Source: Myxococcota bacterium
Lineage (GTDB): Bacteria > Myxococcota_A > UBA796 > UBA2385
Assembly (NCBI GenBank): GCA_044344255.1
Contig: JBIJDH010000020.1
Location: forward strand, 85,758-149,757
Reading direction: 5' to 3'
Length of the DNA stretch: 64,000 nucleotides
Shown: piece after piece, positions 1 through 8,497 of the stretch
Layout: each line of letters opens with the position of its first letter
Position numbering within the stretch: position 1 is the first letter of the stretch
The notes under the pieces: generated by a model
The model's input: the letters and a program-made list of their open reading frames with translations, nothing else
Databases searched by the model: none
What the model was told of the DNA's origin: nothing
Made by a program: the position numbers and the translations under genes

Positions 1-1062
1 GGTCGACCAGCCCGGCCCGAGCTTCGGCTCGCTCGGGGGGATCCAGCCCGCCGTCGTGTACTCGACGTCGAAGAACTTGGCCGAATTGTAGAAGGTGCTC
101 CGTCGATACGTGATCGCATCGCCGAGCATCGCCCGGCCGGCCGCCCGCCCCTGGTCACGGGCGGTGTACCAGAGCTGCTCCGGCCGCCGACTGCCGTCGG
201 GCCAGGTGACCACCGCGCAGTCGCCCGCCGCATAGACGCCCTCGGCGCTGATCGAGGAGAGGTCGTCCTTCGTCTCGACGCCCCCGCTCTTGGGGTCGAG
301 CGCCACGCCGCTCCCGGCGAGGAAGCCCGTGTTCGGAACGACGCCGATCGCCGCCACGACGAGGTCGACCGTGAGCTCGCCGTTGATCTGCCACCCGCCC
401 CCCTGCCGCTCCAGCCGCTCGACCGGGTAGCCCGTCCGGCAGTCCACCCCGTGCCCGCGGATGTGCGCCGCCACCACGCCCGCCTCGCGGTCGTCGAGGG
501 CCACGGGGAAGTACCAGGGCTCGCGGATGAGGAAGTGGGTGCGGAGGCCGCGCAGGCGCAGCACCTCGGCGGCCTCCACCCCGATCAGCCCGCCGCCGAT
601 CACCGCCACCGACATCCCGGGGCGCGCCGCCCGATCGAGGGCCTCATAGTCGGCGAGGGTGACGAACTGGTGCACTCCGCCCTCACCGGGGACCCCGGCC
701 GCGACGCCCCCATCGAGACCCGGGTGGGGGAGCGGTCGGGCGCGGCTCCCGACGGCGAGCAGCAGCCGATCGTAGGAGAGGACCTCGCCCGAGCGGGTGT
801 GGAGCCGGCGCGCGCCGCTGTCGAGGCCGACGACGAGGTCTCGCACGCGGCGCAGGCGCAGGCGCGTGTACAGGTCCCGATCGTAGAACTCGGTGTCCTT
901 CAGGCGGAGCTGGCCCGCGAACAGGTACATCAAGGAGACGCGGGCGAAGGGGTGGTCGTGCTCGTAGGAGACCACCGTGATCTCGGCGCGGGCGTCGCGC
1001 TTCCGGATCGCGATCGCCGCCTCGATGCCCGCGACGCTGTTCCCGACGATGACGAAGTGCAT
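1..1062 (-). CDS. FAD-dependent pyridine nucleotide-disulfide oxidoreductase (NirB-N/rubredoxin reductase-like), 3' end runs off the window
   Basis: Not in the ORF track; manual translation from ATG at 1062 gives MHFVIVGNSVAGIEAA (FAD motif), YDRLLLAVGS, VAVIGGGLIGVEAA (NAD(P)H motif) and VYAAGD. No stop before position 1. Confidence 0.85.
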   Translation of the reverse strand, partial: MHFVIVGNSVAGIEAAIAIRKRDARAEITVVSYEHDHPFARVSLMYLFAGQLRLKDTEFYDRDLYTRLRLRRVRDLVVGLDSGARRLHTRSGEVLSYDRLLLAVGSRARPLPHPGLDGGVAAGVPGEGGVHQFVTLADYEALDRAARPGMSVAVIGGGLIGVEAAEVLRLRGLRTHFLIREPWYFPVALDDREAGVVAAHIRGHGVDCRTGYPVERLERQGGGWQINGELTVDLVVAAIGVVPNTGFLAGSGVALDPKSGGVETKDDLSSISAEGVYAAGDCAVVTWPDGSRRPEQLWYTARDQGRAAGRAMLGDAITYRRSTFYNSAKFFDVEYTTAGWIPPSEPKLGPGWST

Positions 1063-1191
1063 GGGGCCCGAGGGGGCTCGCCAGCGGGGGTGGGCGAGCG
1101 CTGCCTCCGCCCGTAACGGCGCGCGCGGGGCCAGGGCAGGCCAGGTCGGACGGGGGGCGCTTCGGGTCTCTGTCGCGGCGCCTCCCCTGTG

Positions 1192-1251
1192 GTCCCGCTG
1201 AAGGGAGTCCCGCTGACGGTTGTCCCGCGGAAGGGGGTCCCCCCGACCACC
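1192..1251. repeat. Four imperfect 15-bp tandem repeats (GTCCCGCTGAAGGGA-like) in the divergent intergenic region
   Basis: gtcccgctgaaggga / gtcccgctgacggtt / gtcccgcggaagggg / gtccccccgaccacc. Confidence 0.7.
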
Positions 1252-1262
1252 GTCAGCCTGGC

Positions 1263-1320
1263 ATCCATCAAAACTGCATGATATTGGCCTTGATTCGGGT
1301 AGAATCCATCAGAATTGAGG
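1263..1320 (+). promoter_or_regulatory. AT-rich promoter/operator region of the TA operon
   Basis: TAGAAT (-10-like) at 1300-1305 with ATGATA 16 bp upstream. Direct repeat ATCCATCA(A/G)AA(C/T)TG at 1263-1276 and 1304-1317. GAGG RBS at 1317-1320 before TTG 1326. Confidence 0.55.
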
Positions 1321-1325
1321 TACCC

Positions 1326-1622
1326 TTGGACGACCTCCTCCTCGCGCTCACCCCCGCCGACGTCGAGGCTGCGCTGGCGCGTCGCCTCCGCGACGCGAGG
1401 CGGGCCCGGGGGTGGACCCAGGCCGAGCTGGCGACGCGGAGCGGCCTGTCTGTGGCGACGGTCGCCCGGCTCGAGCAGTCGGGACAGGGGCAGCTCTCGT
1501 CGCTCATCCACCTGTGCGGGGCGCTCGGACGCCTCGATGACTTCGACGCCGTGCTGAAGTCCACAGCCCCGTCGTCGCTCGCCGAGCTCCGTCGTCGGCA
1601 GGGTCGCGGGGGGGCCCTGTGA
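1326..1622 (+). CDS. XRE/HTH antitoxin (HipB-like)
   Basis: LRDARRARGWTQAELATRSGLSVATVARLEQSG is a cro/C1 HTH; overlaps the hipA start (GTGA). TTG start chosen from the RBS (track start 1278). Confidence 0.85.
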   Translation: MDDLLLALTPADVEAALARRLRDARRARGWTQAELATRSGLSVATVARLEQSGQGQLSSLIHLCGALGRLDDFDAVLKSTAPSSLAELRRRQGRGGAL

Positions 1623-2878
1623 GGGAGCTCCGCGTCCACCTGCGCTTCTCGGAGGCAGAGGTCCACAGCGTCGGCACCCTGGCCGACGACGGCCACCGGG
1701 TCTGGTTCGAGTACGATCCTGCCTTCGCCGCGGGGCGGATGGAGATCTCCCCCCTGCGCCTCCCGCTCACGCGGTCTGGGCTGATCGAGCACCGGGTCAC
1801 CGCCGGGGCCCCCATCCCGGGCGTGTTCAACGATGCCCGCCCCGAGGGCTGGGGCCTCAAGCTGCTGCATCGCGCCTTCCAGCGGAAGGGCAGGCCCGCG
1901 TCGTCGGTCTCGCCGCTCGAGGAGCTCGCCTTCCTCGGCCAACACACCATGGGCGCGCTGGTGTTCGAGCCATGCACCGGCCCGTCGGGCGACCTCGACG
2001 AGGCCGTCGCGCTCGCGGCGCTCGCCGCGCACGCCCAGACCGTCTGGGACGACCGTGTTCAGGTGGTGTTGCCGCACCTTGTCCGCGCAGGCGGCCCGTC
2101 CGGCGGTGCGCGGCCGAAGGCGCTCGTCGGGCTGCGCGCCGATGGCGAGCCAGGCATCCGCTACGGTGAGGGTGAGCTCCCGGAAGGCTGGGACGCCTGG
2201 CTCGTGAAGTTCCCGACGAGCACCGACGATGCCGACGTCGGTCGCCGCGAGGCCGCCTGGATGGCGATGGCTCGCTCCGCGGGGATCGATGTACCTGAGT
2301 TTCGGGTGATCGCGCTCGAGGGGGTCGGCGACGCCTTCGCGGTGCGGAGGTTCGATCGCCCGGGTGGGGGTCGCCGGCGGCACATGCTCTCTGCGGCGGG
2401 CGCGCTCGACGCCGACTTTCGCACACCCGCTGCCGACTACGAGCACCTTCTCCGGATAACATCGCACCTCTGCGGGGGTGACCAATCGCAGATCCTGGCG
2501 ATGTTCCGTCTGGCCTCCTTCAACGTGCTGGCGCTGAACGACGACGACCACCTGAAGAACTTCGCCTGGCTCCTCGGACCCGACGGCGCGTGGCGGCTCG
2601 CGCCCGGCTTCGACCTCACCTACGCGCCCCGCCCCGACGGTGAGCGGTGGACCACCGTGGCGGGCGCGGGGCGGTCCATCGGCGGGGAGCACCTGCTCGC
2701 GCTCGCGGCCAGGGTCGGGATCAAGCCGCGCGCGGCACGACAGGCGCTGGAGGAGGTGAGCTCCGCGACGGCCGAGGTCCAGGCGCACCTCGGGCAGGCC
2801 GGTTGCCTCGGACCGGTCTCAGAGGCCGCCGCGGAGGCCGTACAACAAGCGACGGCGAGGGTTCGCGGCGCGGCCTGA
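1619..2878 (+). CDS. hipA: HipA family Ser/Thr kinase toxin
   Basis: N-terminal couple domain (VWFEYDPAF...ISPLRLPL), P-loop SGGARPK, WLVKFP, catalytic NDDDHLKNF, LAPGFDL. Confidence 0.9.
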   Translation: MRELRVHLRFSEAEVHSVGTLADDGHRVWFEYDPAFAAGRMEISPLRLPLTRSGLIEHRVTAGAPIPGVFNDARPEGWGLKLLHRAFQRKGRPASSVSPLEELAFLGQHTMGALVFEPCTGPSGDLDEAVALAALAAHAQTVWDDRVQVVLPHLVRAGGPSGGARPKALVGLRADGEPGIRYGEGELPEGWDAWLVKFPTSTDDADVGRREAAWMAMARSAGIDVPEFRVIALEGVGDAFAVRRFDRPGGGRRRHMLSAAGALDADFRTPAADYEHLLRITSHLCGGDQSQILAMFRLASFNVLALNDDDHLKNFAWLLGPDGAWRLAPGFDLTYAPRPDGERWTTVAGAGRSIGGEHLLALAARVGIKPRAARQALEEVSSATAEVQAHLGQAGCLGPVSEAAAEAVQQATARVRGAA

Positions 2879-2902
2879 CGAGGCGGGGCCGATCGGCCGG
2901 GC

Positions 2903-3781
2903 TCAATCGGGCGAGAGGAGGCCCTCCACCGCGCGCTGAACCGCCTCCACCTCGAGCCCGGCGAGGCAGGCGTGGTCCCCGATCGGACAGACCTCCCCCC
3001 CAAAGCGGCTGCAGGGGCGACAGGGCAGCGCGCGCTCGAGGGCCACCCCCGGATAGGCCCAGAAGCCGTCGGCGGAGGTCGTCGGCCCGAAGAGGCCGAC
3101 CACCGGCATCCCCGCGGCGGCGCAGAGGTGCAGGAGCCCGGTGTCTCCGGCCACCGCGAGGCGGCCGCGGCCGAGCGCCGCGAAGGTGGCCTGAAAGCCC
3201 GCCTCGGCGACCACCTCCGCCCGGGGGCCGATAGACCTCCCGAGCGCCTCGAGCAGCGGCCGCTCCGCCTCGCTGCCGAGCAGCAGGAGCGGCCCCGGCA
3301 GGCCCTGGGCCAGCGCCGCCCAGCGCTCGGCCGACCAGCGCTTGGTGGCCCAGGCGGCCCCCGGACAGAGGAGGATCGTGTCGCGCGGCCCCTTCACGTC
3401 GATCCAAGGCAGCGGCGCCACCGGCACCCCCGCCGCCGCCGCGTAACGGTCGACCACCCGCGGCGGCGGGGCCCCCACCTTGAGCCAGACGCGCAGACGG
3501 CGCCGCAGGTCCCAGCGGGCGACGGTGCGCCGAGGCAGGCCACGGCCCACAGCCCGGCTGCGGAGCGAGCCCGCGAGGTCGACCACCTGCGAGAGGCCCG
3601 CGGGCATCGGATCTCCCGGAGAGATCACCCCCACCACGCCGGGGAGGCGTAAGGCGAGCTCCCGGTAGCGGGCGTGGGTGTAAAAGACCACCTCACCGAG
3701 GCCGCCGGTCACGGCGCCGGCCAGCACCACGTCTCCGAGCGACGAGGGGCGGATGACCAGCGTCCGGCCTCCACCGCTCAT
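2903..3781 (-). CDS. Glycosyltransferase family 9 (heptosyltransferase-like)
   Basis: LVIRPSSLGDVVL, LCPGAAWATKRW, GDTGLLHLCAA, GLFGPT, CRPC...C...C tail. Confidence 0.9.
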   Translation of the reverse strand: MSGGGRTLVIRPSSLGDVVLAGAVTGGLGEVVFYTHARYRELALRLPGVVGVISPGDPMPAGLSQVVDLAGSLRSRAVGRGLPRRTVARWDLRRRLRVWLKVGAPPPRVVDRYAAAAGVPVAPLPWIDVKGPRDTILLCPGAAWATKRWSAERWAALAQGLPGPLLLLGSEAERPLLEALGRSIGPRAEVVAEAGFQATFAALGRGRLAVAGDTGLLHLCAAAGMPVVGLFGPTTSADGFWAYPGVALERALPCRPCSRFGGEVCPIGDHACLAGLEVEAVQRAVEGLLSPD

Positions 3782-3829
3782 GCACCCGTCGCCCTCCACC
3801 CGGCCCCCCTCACCATGTCCCGGCCTCCC

Positions 3830-5860
3830 TCACCATGTGGTGAGGAAGCGGTCCACCTCTTCACGCTCCAACATGCCGAGCGAGAACTGGAGACAGTTGG
3901 AGCAGATATCGACGTGCCCGAGGCGGAAGAGCCCGCTCACCTCGAAGGGGGAGCGCCCGCAGAGCTTGCAGGTGGCGTCGTCGGGGGCGGCCATCGAGGC
4001 GCGGCTGTGGCTGATCTTGAGGACACACTTGTCACAGATCACCACGTCGCCGCCCGCCATCATGTGGGTCACCTCCCCGGGCTGCCGGTTGCAGGTGCTG
4101 CACCGCGTCTCCTCGCCGTCCGAGACCCGCCGCGGCCGCGCCGGCCCCGAGGGCGGGGTGACCTGGTTGAGCAGGTGGTCGACGATCGCGGTGGCGCCGC
4201 GCAGCACGGCGCGGTCGTGGAGGCGGCGGGTGGCCTCGGGCTCGCCGTACATGGCGAGGGCGGCCCAGGCGGCCACCGAGAGCTCCGGGTCTGCCACCTC
4301 GGCCCAGCGGCGGAGCAGCTCCTTGCCGGCGGCGCTGCGGCGGAGGCCGATCGAGAGCAGGAGCAGGGCCTGATAGGCGCGGGCGCCGTTCCGCTCGGCG
4401 TCGAGGTTGCGGCGGTGCGCGGTGACGTCGTGGGCCGGCGGGTAGCGGTCGACGGCGGCCCGCTTGAGGTCGGACTCCTCGAGCTGCAGCCCGGAGATGA
4501 GCACGGGCTCGGGCACAGCGGGGGCCGCGGAGAGGGCGAGGCCGCCGAGGTTGACGCCGAAGTGGCGGCCGGGCTCGCGCAGGCGCACGCTGGCGGCGTC
4601 GGCCACCTGGCTGGTCGACAGGTTGCAGGCCGCCTCCCAGAGCTGGAAGCGCAGCGCCTCGTCCTGGCTGCGGTCGATGGTGGCGAGCATCGGCCCCACG
4701 GTGGAGGGGCCCACAGCCCGCAGCTCGTCGAGGATCACGCGCACCCGCTCCCGGGTGCGGCCGCGGGCGTCGTCGGCGCCGCCGGGGGGCAGCCGGTCGT
4801 AGCCGCCGACCTCGGACTCCAGCGCCATCACGAGCCAGCGCACGTCGCCGCCGATGCGCCGGGCGCGGGCGAGCTCGATGTAGCTCGGCAGGTGGCCCGG
4901 GTGGTCCTTCAGGGCCTCGCGGAAGACGCGCAGGGCCTCGTTCGGCTCACCCTCCTCGAGCAGCGTGCAGCCGAGGGCGTGGCGGGCCAACACATCGTCG
5001 GGATCGGCGAGCAGGGCCTGATGGCAGGCCTCGCGGGCCCGCGGATACTCCCCGAGCTGGAACCAGGCCATCGCCATCCGGGCGAGCACCTTCGGATCAT
5101 CCGGCTTCTCGCGCAGATACTGCCGAAAGTGCTGGATGGCGTTGTTGTACTTGCCGAGCTCGTACGCGACGAGGCCGAGGTGAAAGCGGGCCAAGGCGGC
5201 GTACTTCGGCTGCTCGCGCAGACGGAGGAAGAACTTCTCGGCCTCCTTGTGCCGCCCGGTGAGCATGCAGGTGATGCCGAGGTCGCGCAGCAGCAGCGGG
5301 AGCTGGTCGGGGGCGGGGTCGCGCTTGAGCGTCTGGACGAAGTGGTACTGGGCCCGCTCGACGAGCCGCTTCGGGTGCCCCTTCCGACGGGCGAGGTCGA
5401 GCAGGGCGTGGCCGAGCTCGAGGTGGGTCTCCCAGGAGTCGGCGGCGAGCCGGCAGGCGCTCTCGAGCTGGCGGACGGCCTGGCCCGCCTCGTCGCGGAG
5501 GAGGTCGAGGCGGCCGAGCGCGAGGCGGAGGTCGGCCCGCTCCCCGTCGATGCGCACCGCCTGGTCAAGGTAACGGGTGGCGGCCTTGGGGCGATCGATG
5601 CCGATCAGGGAGAGCCCGGCCAGCACCAGGGCCTCGGCGTTGGAGGGGTCGTCGTTGAGCGCCTTCCGCGCCAGCGCCAGCGCCCGATTGCAGTCCTGCT
5701 CCCCGCCGCTGTGGTACAGCCCGCGCGAGAGCACCGCCCGCGCGAGCTCGATGCGAGAGGCCGGGTCGTCGGGAGAGCCGTGGATACGGTCCTCCAGCCG
5801 GCTGATCGTCCAGTCGAGCTTGGTGTGCGGGAAGAGGGTGTGTAGCGGCGGGGTCGTCAT
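3830..5860 (-). CDS. TPR-repeat protein with two C-terminal ClpX-type C4 zinc fingers
   Basis: Multiple TPR helices (e.g. ARFHLGLVAYELGKYNNAIQHF); CSTC...ICDKC and CKLC...ICSNC. Confidence 0.8.
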   Translation of the reverse strand: MTTPPLHTLFPHTKLDWTISRLEDRIHGSPDDPASRIELARAVLSRGLYHSGGEQDCNRALALARKALNDDPSNAEALVLAGLSLIGIDRPKAATRYLDQAVRIDGERADLRLALGRLDLLRDEAGQAVRQLESACRLAADSWETHLELGHALLDLARRKGHPKRLVERAQYHFVQTLKRDPAPDQLPLLLRDLGITCMLTGRHKEAEKFFLRLREQPKYAALARFHLGLVAYELGKYNNAIQHFRQYLREKPDDPKVLARMAMAWFQLGEYPRAREACHQALLADPDDVLARHALGCTLLEEGEPNEALRVFREALKDHPGHLPSYIELARARRIGGDVRWLVMALESEVGGYDRLPPGGADDARGRTRERVRVILDELRAVGPSTVGPMLATIDRSQDEALRFQLWEAACNLSTSQVADAASVRLREPGRHFGVNLGGLALSAAPAVPEPVLISGLQLEESDLKRAAVDRYPPAHDVTAHRRNLDAERNGARAYQALLLLSIGLRRSAAGKELLRRWAEVADPELSVAAWAALAMYGEPEATRRLHDRAVLRGATAIVDHLLNQVTPPSGPARPRRVSDGEETRCSTCNRQPGEVTHMMAGGDVVICDKCVLKISHSRASMAAPDDATCKLCGRSPFEVSGLFRLGHVDICSNCLQFSLGMLEREEVDRFLTTW

Positions 5861-5940
5861 CCGCAGGCGCTCAGAGTTGACGGGTGATCGGCGAGGCTAT
5901 CTCACTTTCACCCGCGCGGCCCTCTGGCCTTCCGCCGCCG

Positions 5941-6306
5941 TCAATAGAAGAGCAGGCCCCACTCCTCGTTCACGACCCTCTGAAACTCTGCGTCGAAGGT
6001 TCCTTCCTGCTCGAAGATCACCTCGGCCGCCACCTTGCGCAGCTCTTGGATACCGATGCGACCGTTCGGAACGGCGAGGTCGAGCAGGCGATCATTGACG
6101 AGGTTGAGCAGCCGGTCGTCGAGGTGGCCGAGCTCCACGAGCAGATCGAGCATCGCGCTGGCGCCGGGATCGACCTCGAGCACGAGCGGGGGCGGCCGCG
6201 GCGGCGCGGCGGGGCCCTCGAGCCCCCGCGCCTCCGCGGACTTGCGGTCGTTCGGCCTGCGGTCTGCGGCGGCCCGGTCTCCCGGGCTCCGATCGGACGG
6301 TCTCAT
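5941..6306 (-). CDS. Hypothetical protein
   Basis: Ordered acidic helical C-terminal half with genome-like codon usage, in the prmC-dprA-TPR run; start uncertain. Confidence 0.6.
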   Translation of the reverse strand: MRPSDRSPGDRAAADRRPNDRKSAEARGLEGPAAPPRPPPLVLEVDPGASAMLDLLVELGHLDDRLLNLVNDRLLDLAVPNGRIGIQELRKVAAEVIFEQEGTFDAEFQRVVNEEWGLLFY

Positions 6307-6394
6307 CAGCACCTCTGGGGCGACGGCTAACCTCCGACGGGCGCCGAGGCCCCGCGGCGCCGCGCCTCCGGTCCTCCGCCCTCGCCCCTGCGCC

Positions 6395-7408
6395 TCAGGC
6401 CCGCAGGGCGAAGCGGTCACCGGGGAGCCGCTCCACCCGCCCGGCGAGCTCATGCGCGGAGAGCGCGCGCATCAGGGCCACAGCGTCGAGGGAGACGGCG
6501 GCCTGGAGGGCGTCGAAGGTGATGCCCGGGCGGATGGCGGCGAGCAGCGGATCGACCGGCCCGGCGGGCTTCGGCGGCTCGGGGGGGAGGCCGAGGTGGT
6601 CAAGCACGTCGGCGAGGGAGGTGGCCATCGGCGCCCCGTGGCGGAGGAGCGCGAGGCAGCCCGCCGCGTTCTCCATCAGGGGGTGGCCGGGCACGACGAG
6701 CAGCTCGCGACCGAACTCGAGGGCCTGCTTGGCGGTGATGAGGGCGCCGGAGCGCTCGCGGGCCTCGACCACCACGACCGCGCGGCTCATCCCGGCGATG
6801 ATGCGGTTGCGCTGCGGGAAGGTGACCCGCGAGGCCCCGGTGCCCGGCAGGAGCTCGCTCAAGATGAGGCCCCCCGCGTCGAGGATGTGGTTGGCCATGC
6901 GCTCCTGGACGTGCGGGAGCCGCAGGTCGACCGCCTGGCCGAGCACCGCCACCGTGCGGGGCATCGAGGCCTCGTGGGCCGCGGAGTCGATGCCATGGGC
7001 GAGGCCGGAGACGACCACCTGCCCGGCCCGATGGAGCCCCGCCGAGAGGAGGCGAGCGAAGCGCATGCCGAGGTCGGTCGCGGCGCGCGAGCCGACGATC
7101 GCGATCGAGGGCTCGGTGAGCAGGGCCCGCGAACCCCGGAAGAAGAGCACCGGGGGCGCGAAGGGCAAGGGCCGCAGCAGCGCCGGGTAGTCGGGATCGG
7201 AGAGGGTGACGAAGTCGCCCCCGTCGAGGAGGGGCGGGGCGTCGAGCAGGGCCGCCGCCCGATCGGGCCGGAGCCCGAGGGCGACGAGCTCGGCCTCGCG
7301 GAGGTGAGGCAGGCGCGGCGGGGCCACCCCCGCCGAGAGCAGGGGGGACAGATCCAAACGGCCCGTCATTCGCGCGGCCGCGTGCCAGAATCCAGGGAGA
7401 ACAGCCAT
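6395..7408 (-). CDS. dprA: DNA-processing protein DprA
   Basis: IAIVGSRAAT, VVSGLAHGID, FPQRNRIIAG, VVEARERSGALITA, C-terminal winged helix. Confidence 0.95.
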   Translation of the reverse strand: MAVLPGFWHAAARMTGRLDLSPLLSAGVAPPRLPHLREAELVALGLRPDRAAALLDAPPLLDGGDFVTLSDPDYPALLRPLPFAPPVLFFRGSRALLTEPSIAIVGSRAATDLGMRFARLLSAGLHRAGQVVVSGLAHGIDSAAHEASMPRTVAVLGQAVDLRLPHVQERMANHILDAGGLILSELLPGTGASRVTFPQRNRIIAGMSRAVVVVEARERSGALITAKQALEFGRELLVVPGHPLMENAAGCLALLRHGAPMATSLADVLDHLGLPPEPPKPAGPVDPLLAAIRPGITFDALQAAVSLDAVALMRALSAHELAGRVERLPGDRFALRA

Positions 7409-7485
7409 GGTGCCGAGTCCGGAGCGCGTCCCGTCAGGGGGTCGCGCAGAGGGGCACCGAGGGCAGACGACGGGGGTGCGCGCCC

Positions 7486-8388
7486 TTATCCCTCCGCCCC
7501 CGGCGCTGTCGAGGGGGCCGGCTTGCGCCCAGAGACCACCCGGTCGTGCCCGGCGAGGTCCTTCTTCACCGCGACGTCGACCAGGCCCGCCGCCCGGAAG
7601 AGCGCCGAGACAGCCGCGGCCTGGTCATGGCCGATCTCCACTGCCACCCCGAGCGTGGCCCGCGCCGCCGCCGCGGGGATCAGGGCCCGGTAGACGTCGA
7701 GGCCGTCCACCCCACCGTCGAGGGCCAGCCGGGGCTCGTGATCGCGCACCTCGGGCTGGAGCGTCGCCAGCACGGGCCGGGCGATGTAGGGCGGGTTCGA
7801 GACGACGAGGTCGATGCGCCGCGCGGGAGGGATGGGGTCGAGCAGGGAGCCCTGGAGCACCGCCACCCGAGCGCCGAGCGTGTGGGACGCCACGTTCTCG
7901 CGGGTGTTGGCCAGGGCCTCCGGCGAGAGGTCGACCGCGAAGACCTTGACCGCAGGCCGGGCCAGCGCCAGGGACAGCCCGACGCAGCCCGTCCCGGCGC
8001 CGACGTCGGCCACGAAGAGGGCCTCACCCTCGGGCAGGAAGCCGAGCGCCACCTCGACCAGCGCCTCGGTGTCGGGGCGGGGCACGAGCACGCCGGGCAG
8101 CACGGTGAAGTCGTGGAGGTAGAAGCCCACCGAGCCGAGGATCCAGCCCAGCGGCTCCCGTCGCCCCCGCCGCGCGATGAGGGGCCGCACCCGGTCAAGC
8201 TCGGCGGCGGTGAGCGGGCGGTCGAACTGGAGGTAGAGCTGCATCCGGCTCATCTCGAGCGCGTGGCCGATGAGCTGCTCCGCCTCGAAGCGCGGCGAAG
8301 GGACGCCCTTCTCCTTCAGGTAGGCCTCGGTCTTGCGCAAGATATCGACGACAGAAGGGAGGACGACAGAAGGCAAGTCGGCAGACAA
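7486..8388 (-). CDS. prmC: Release factor N5-glutamine methyltransferase PrmC/HemK
   Basis: RREPLGWILG, VLVPRPDTE, DVGAGTG, SNPPY, HEPRLALDGG. Confidence 0.95.
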   Translation of the reverse strand: MSADLPSVVLPSVVDILRKTEAYLKEKGVPSPRFEAEQLIGHALEMSRMQLYLQFDRPLTAAELDRVRPLIARRGRREPLGWILGSVGFYLHDFTVLPGVLVPRPDTEALVEVALGFLPEGEALFVADVGAGTGCVGLSLALARPAVKVFAVDLSPEALANTRENVASHTLGARVAVLQGSLLDPIPPARRIDLVVSNPPYIARPVLATLQPEVRDHEPRLALDGGVDGLDVYRALIPAAAARATLGVAVEIGHDQAAAVSALFRAAGLVDVAVKKDLAGHDRVVSGRKPAPSTAPGAEG

Positions 8389-8497
8389 GGGCGGCTCCGA
8401 AGCGCCCTGCTATCCCGGCGCCTCGCCGCGATCGCCCAGGCCCCGATCGCCCGGGATCGGTGGCCGCCTGTAAGGATCGACCCCGCCCTGGCGTAGG

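Noticed and set aside
3674..7693. Long + strand ORFs (723 aa and 552 aa); similar cases at 9164-11551, 26241-28598, 53749-56619 and 57929-60070
   Set aside because: They lie antisense to motif-supported genes, have no family motifs, and are expected from stop-codon scarcity at high GC.
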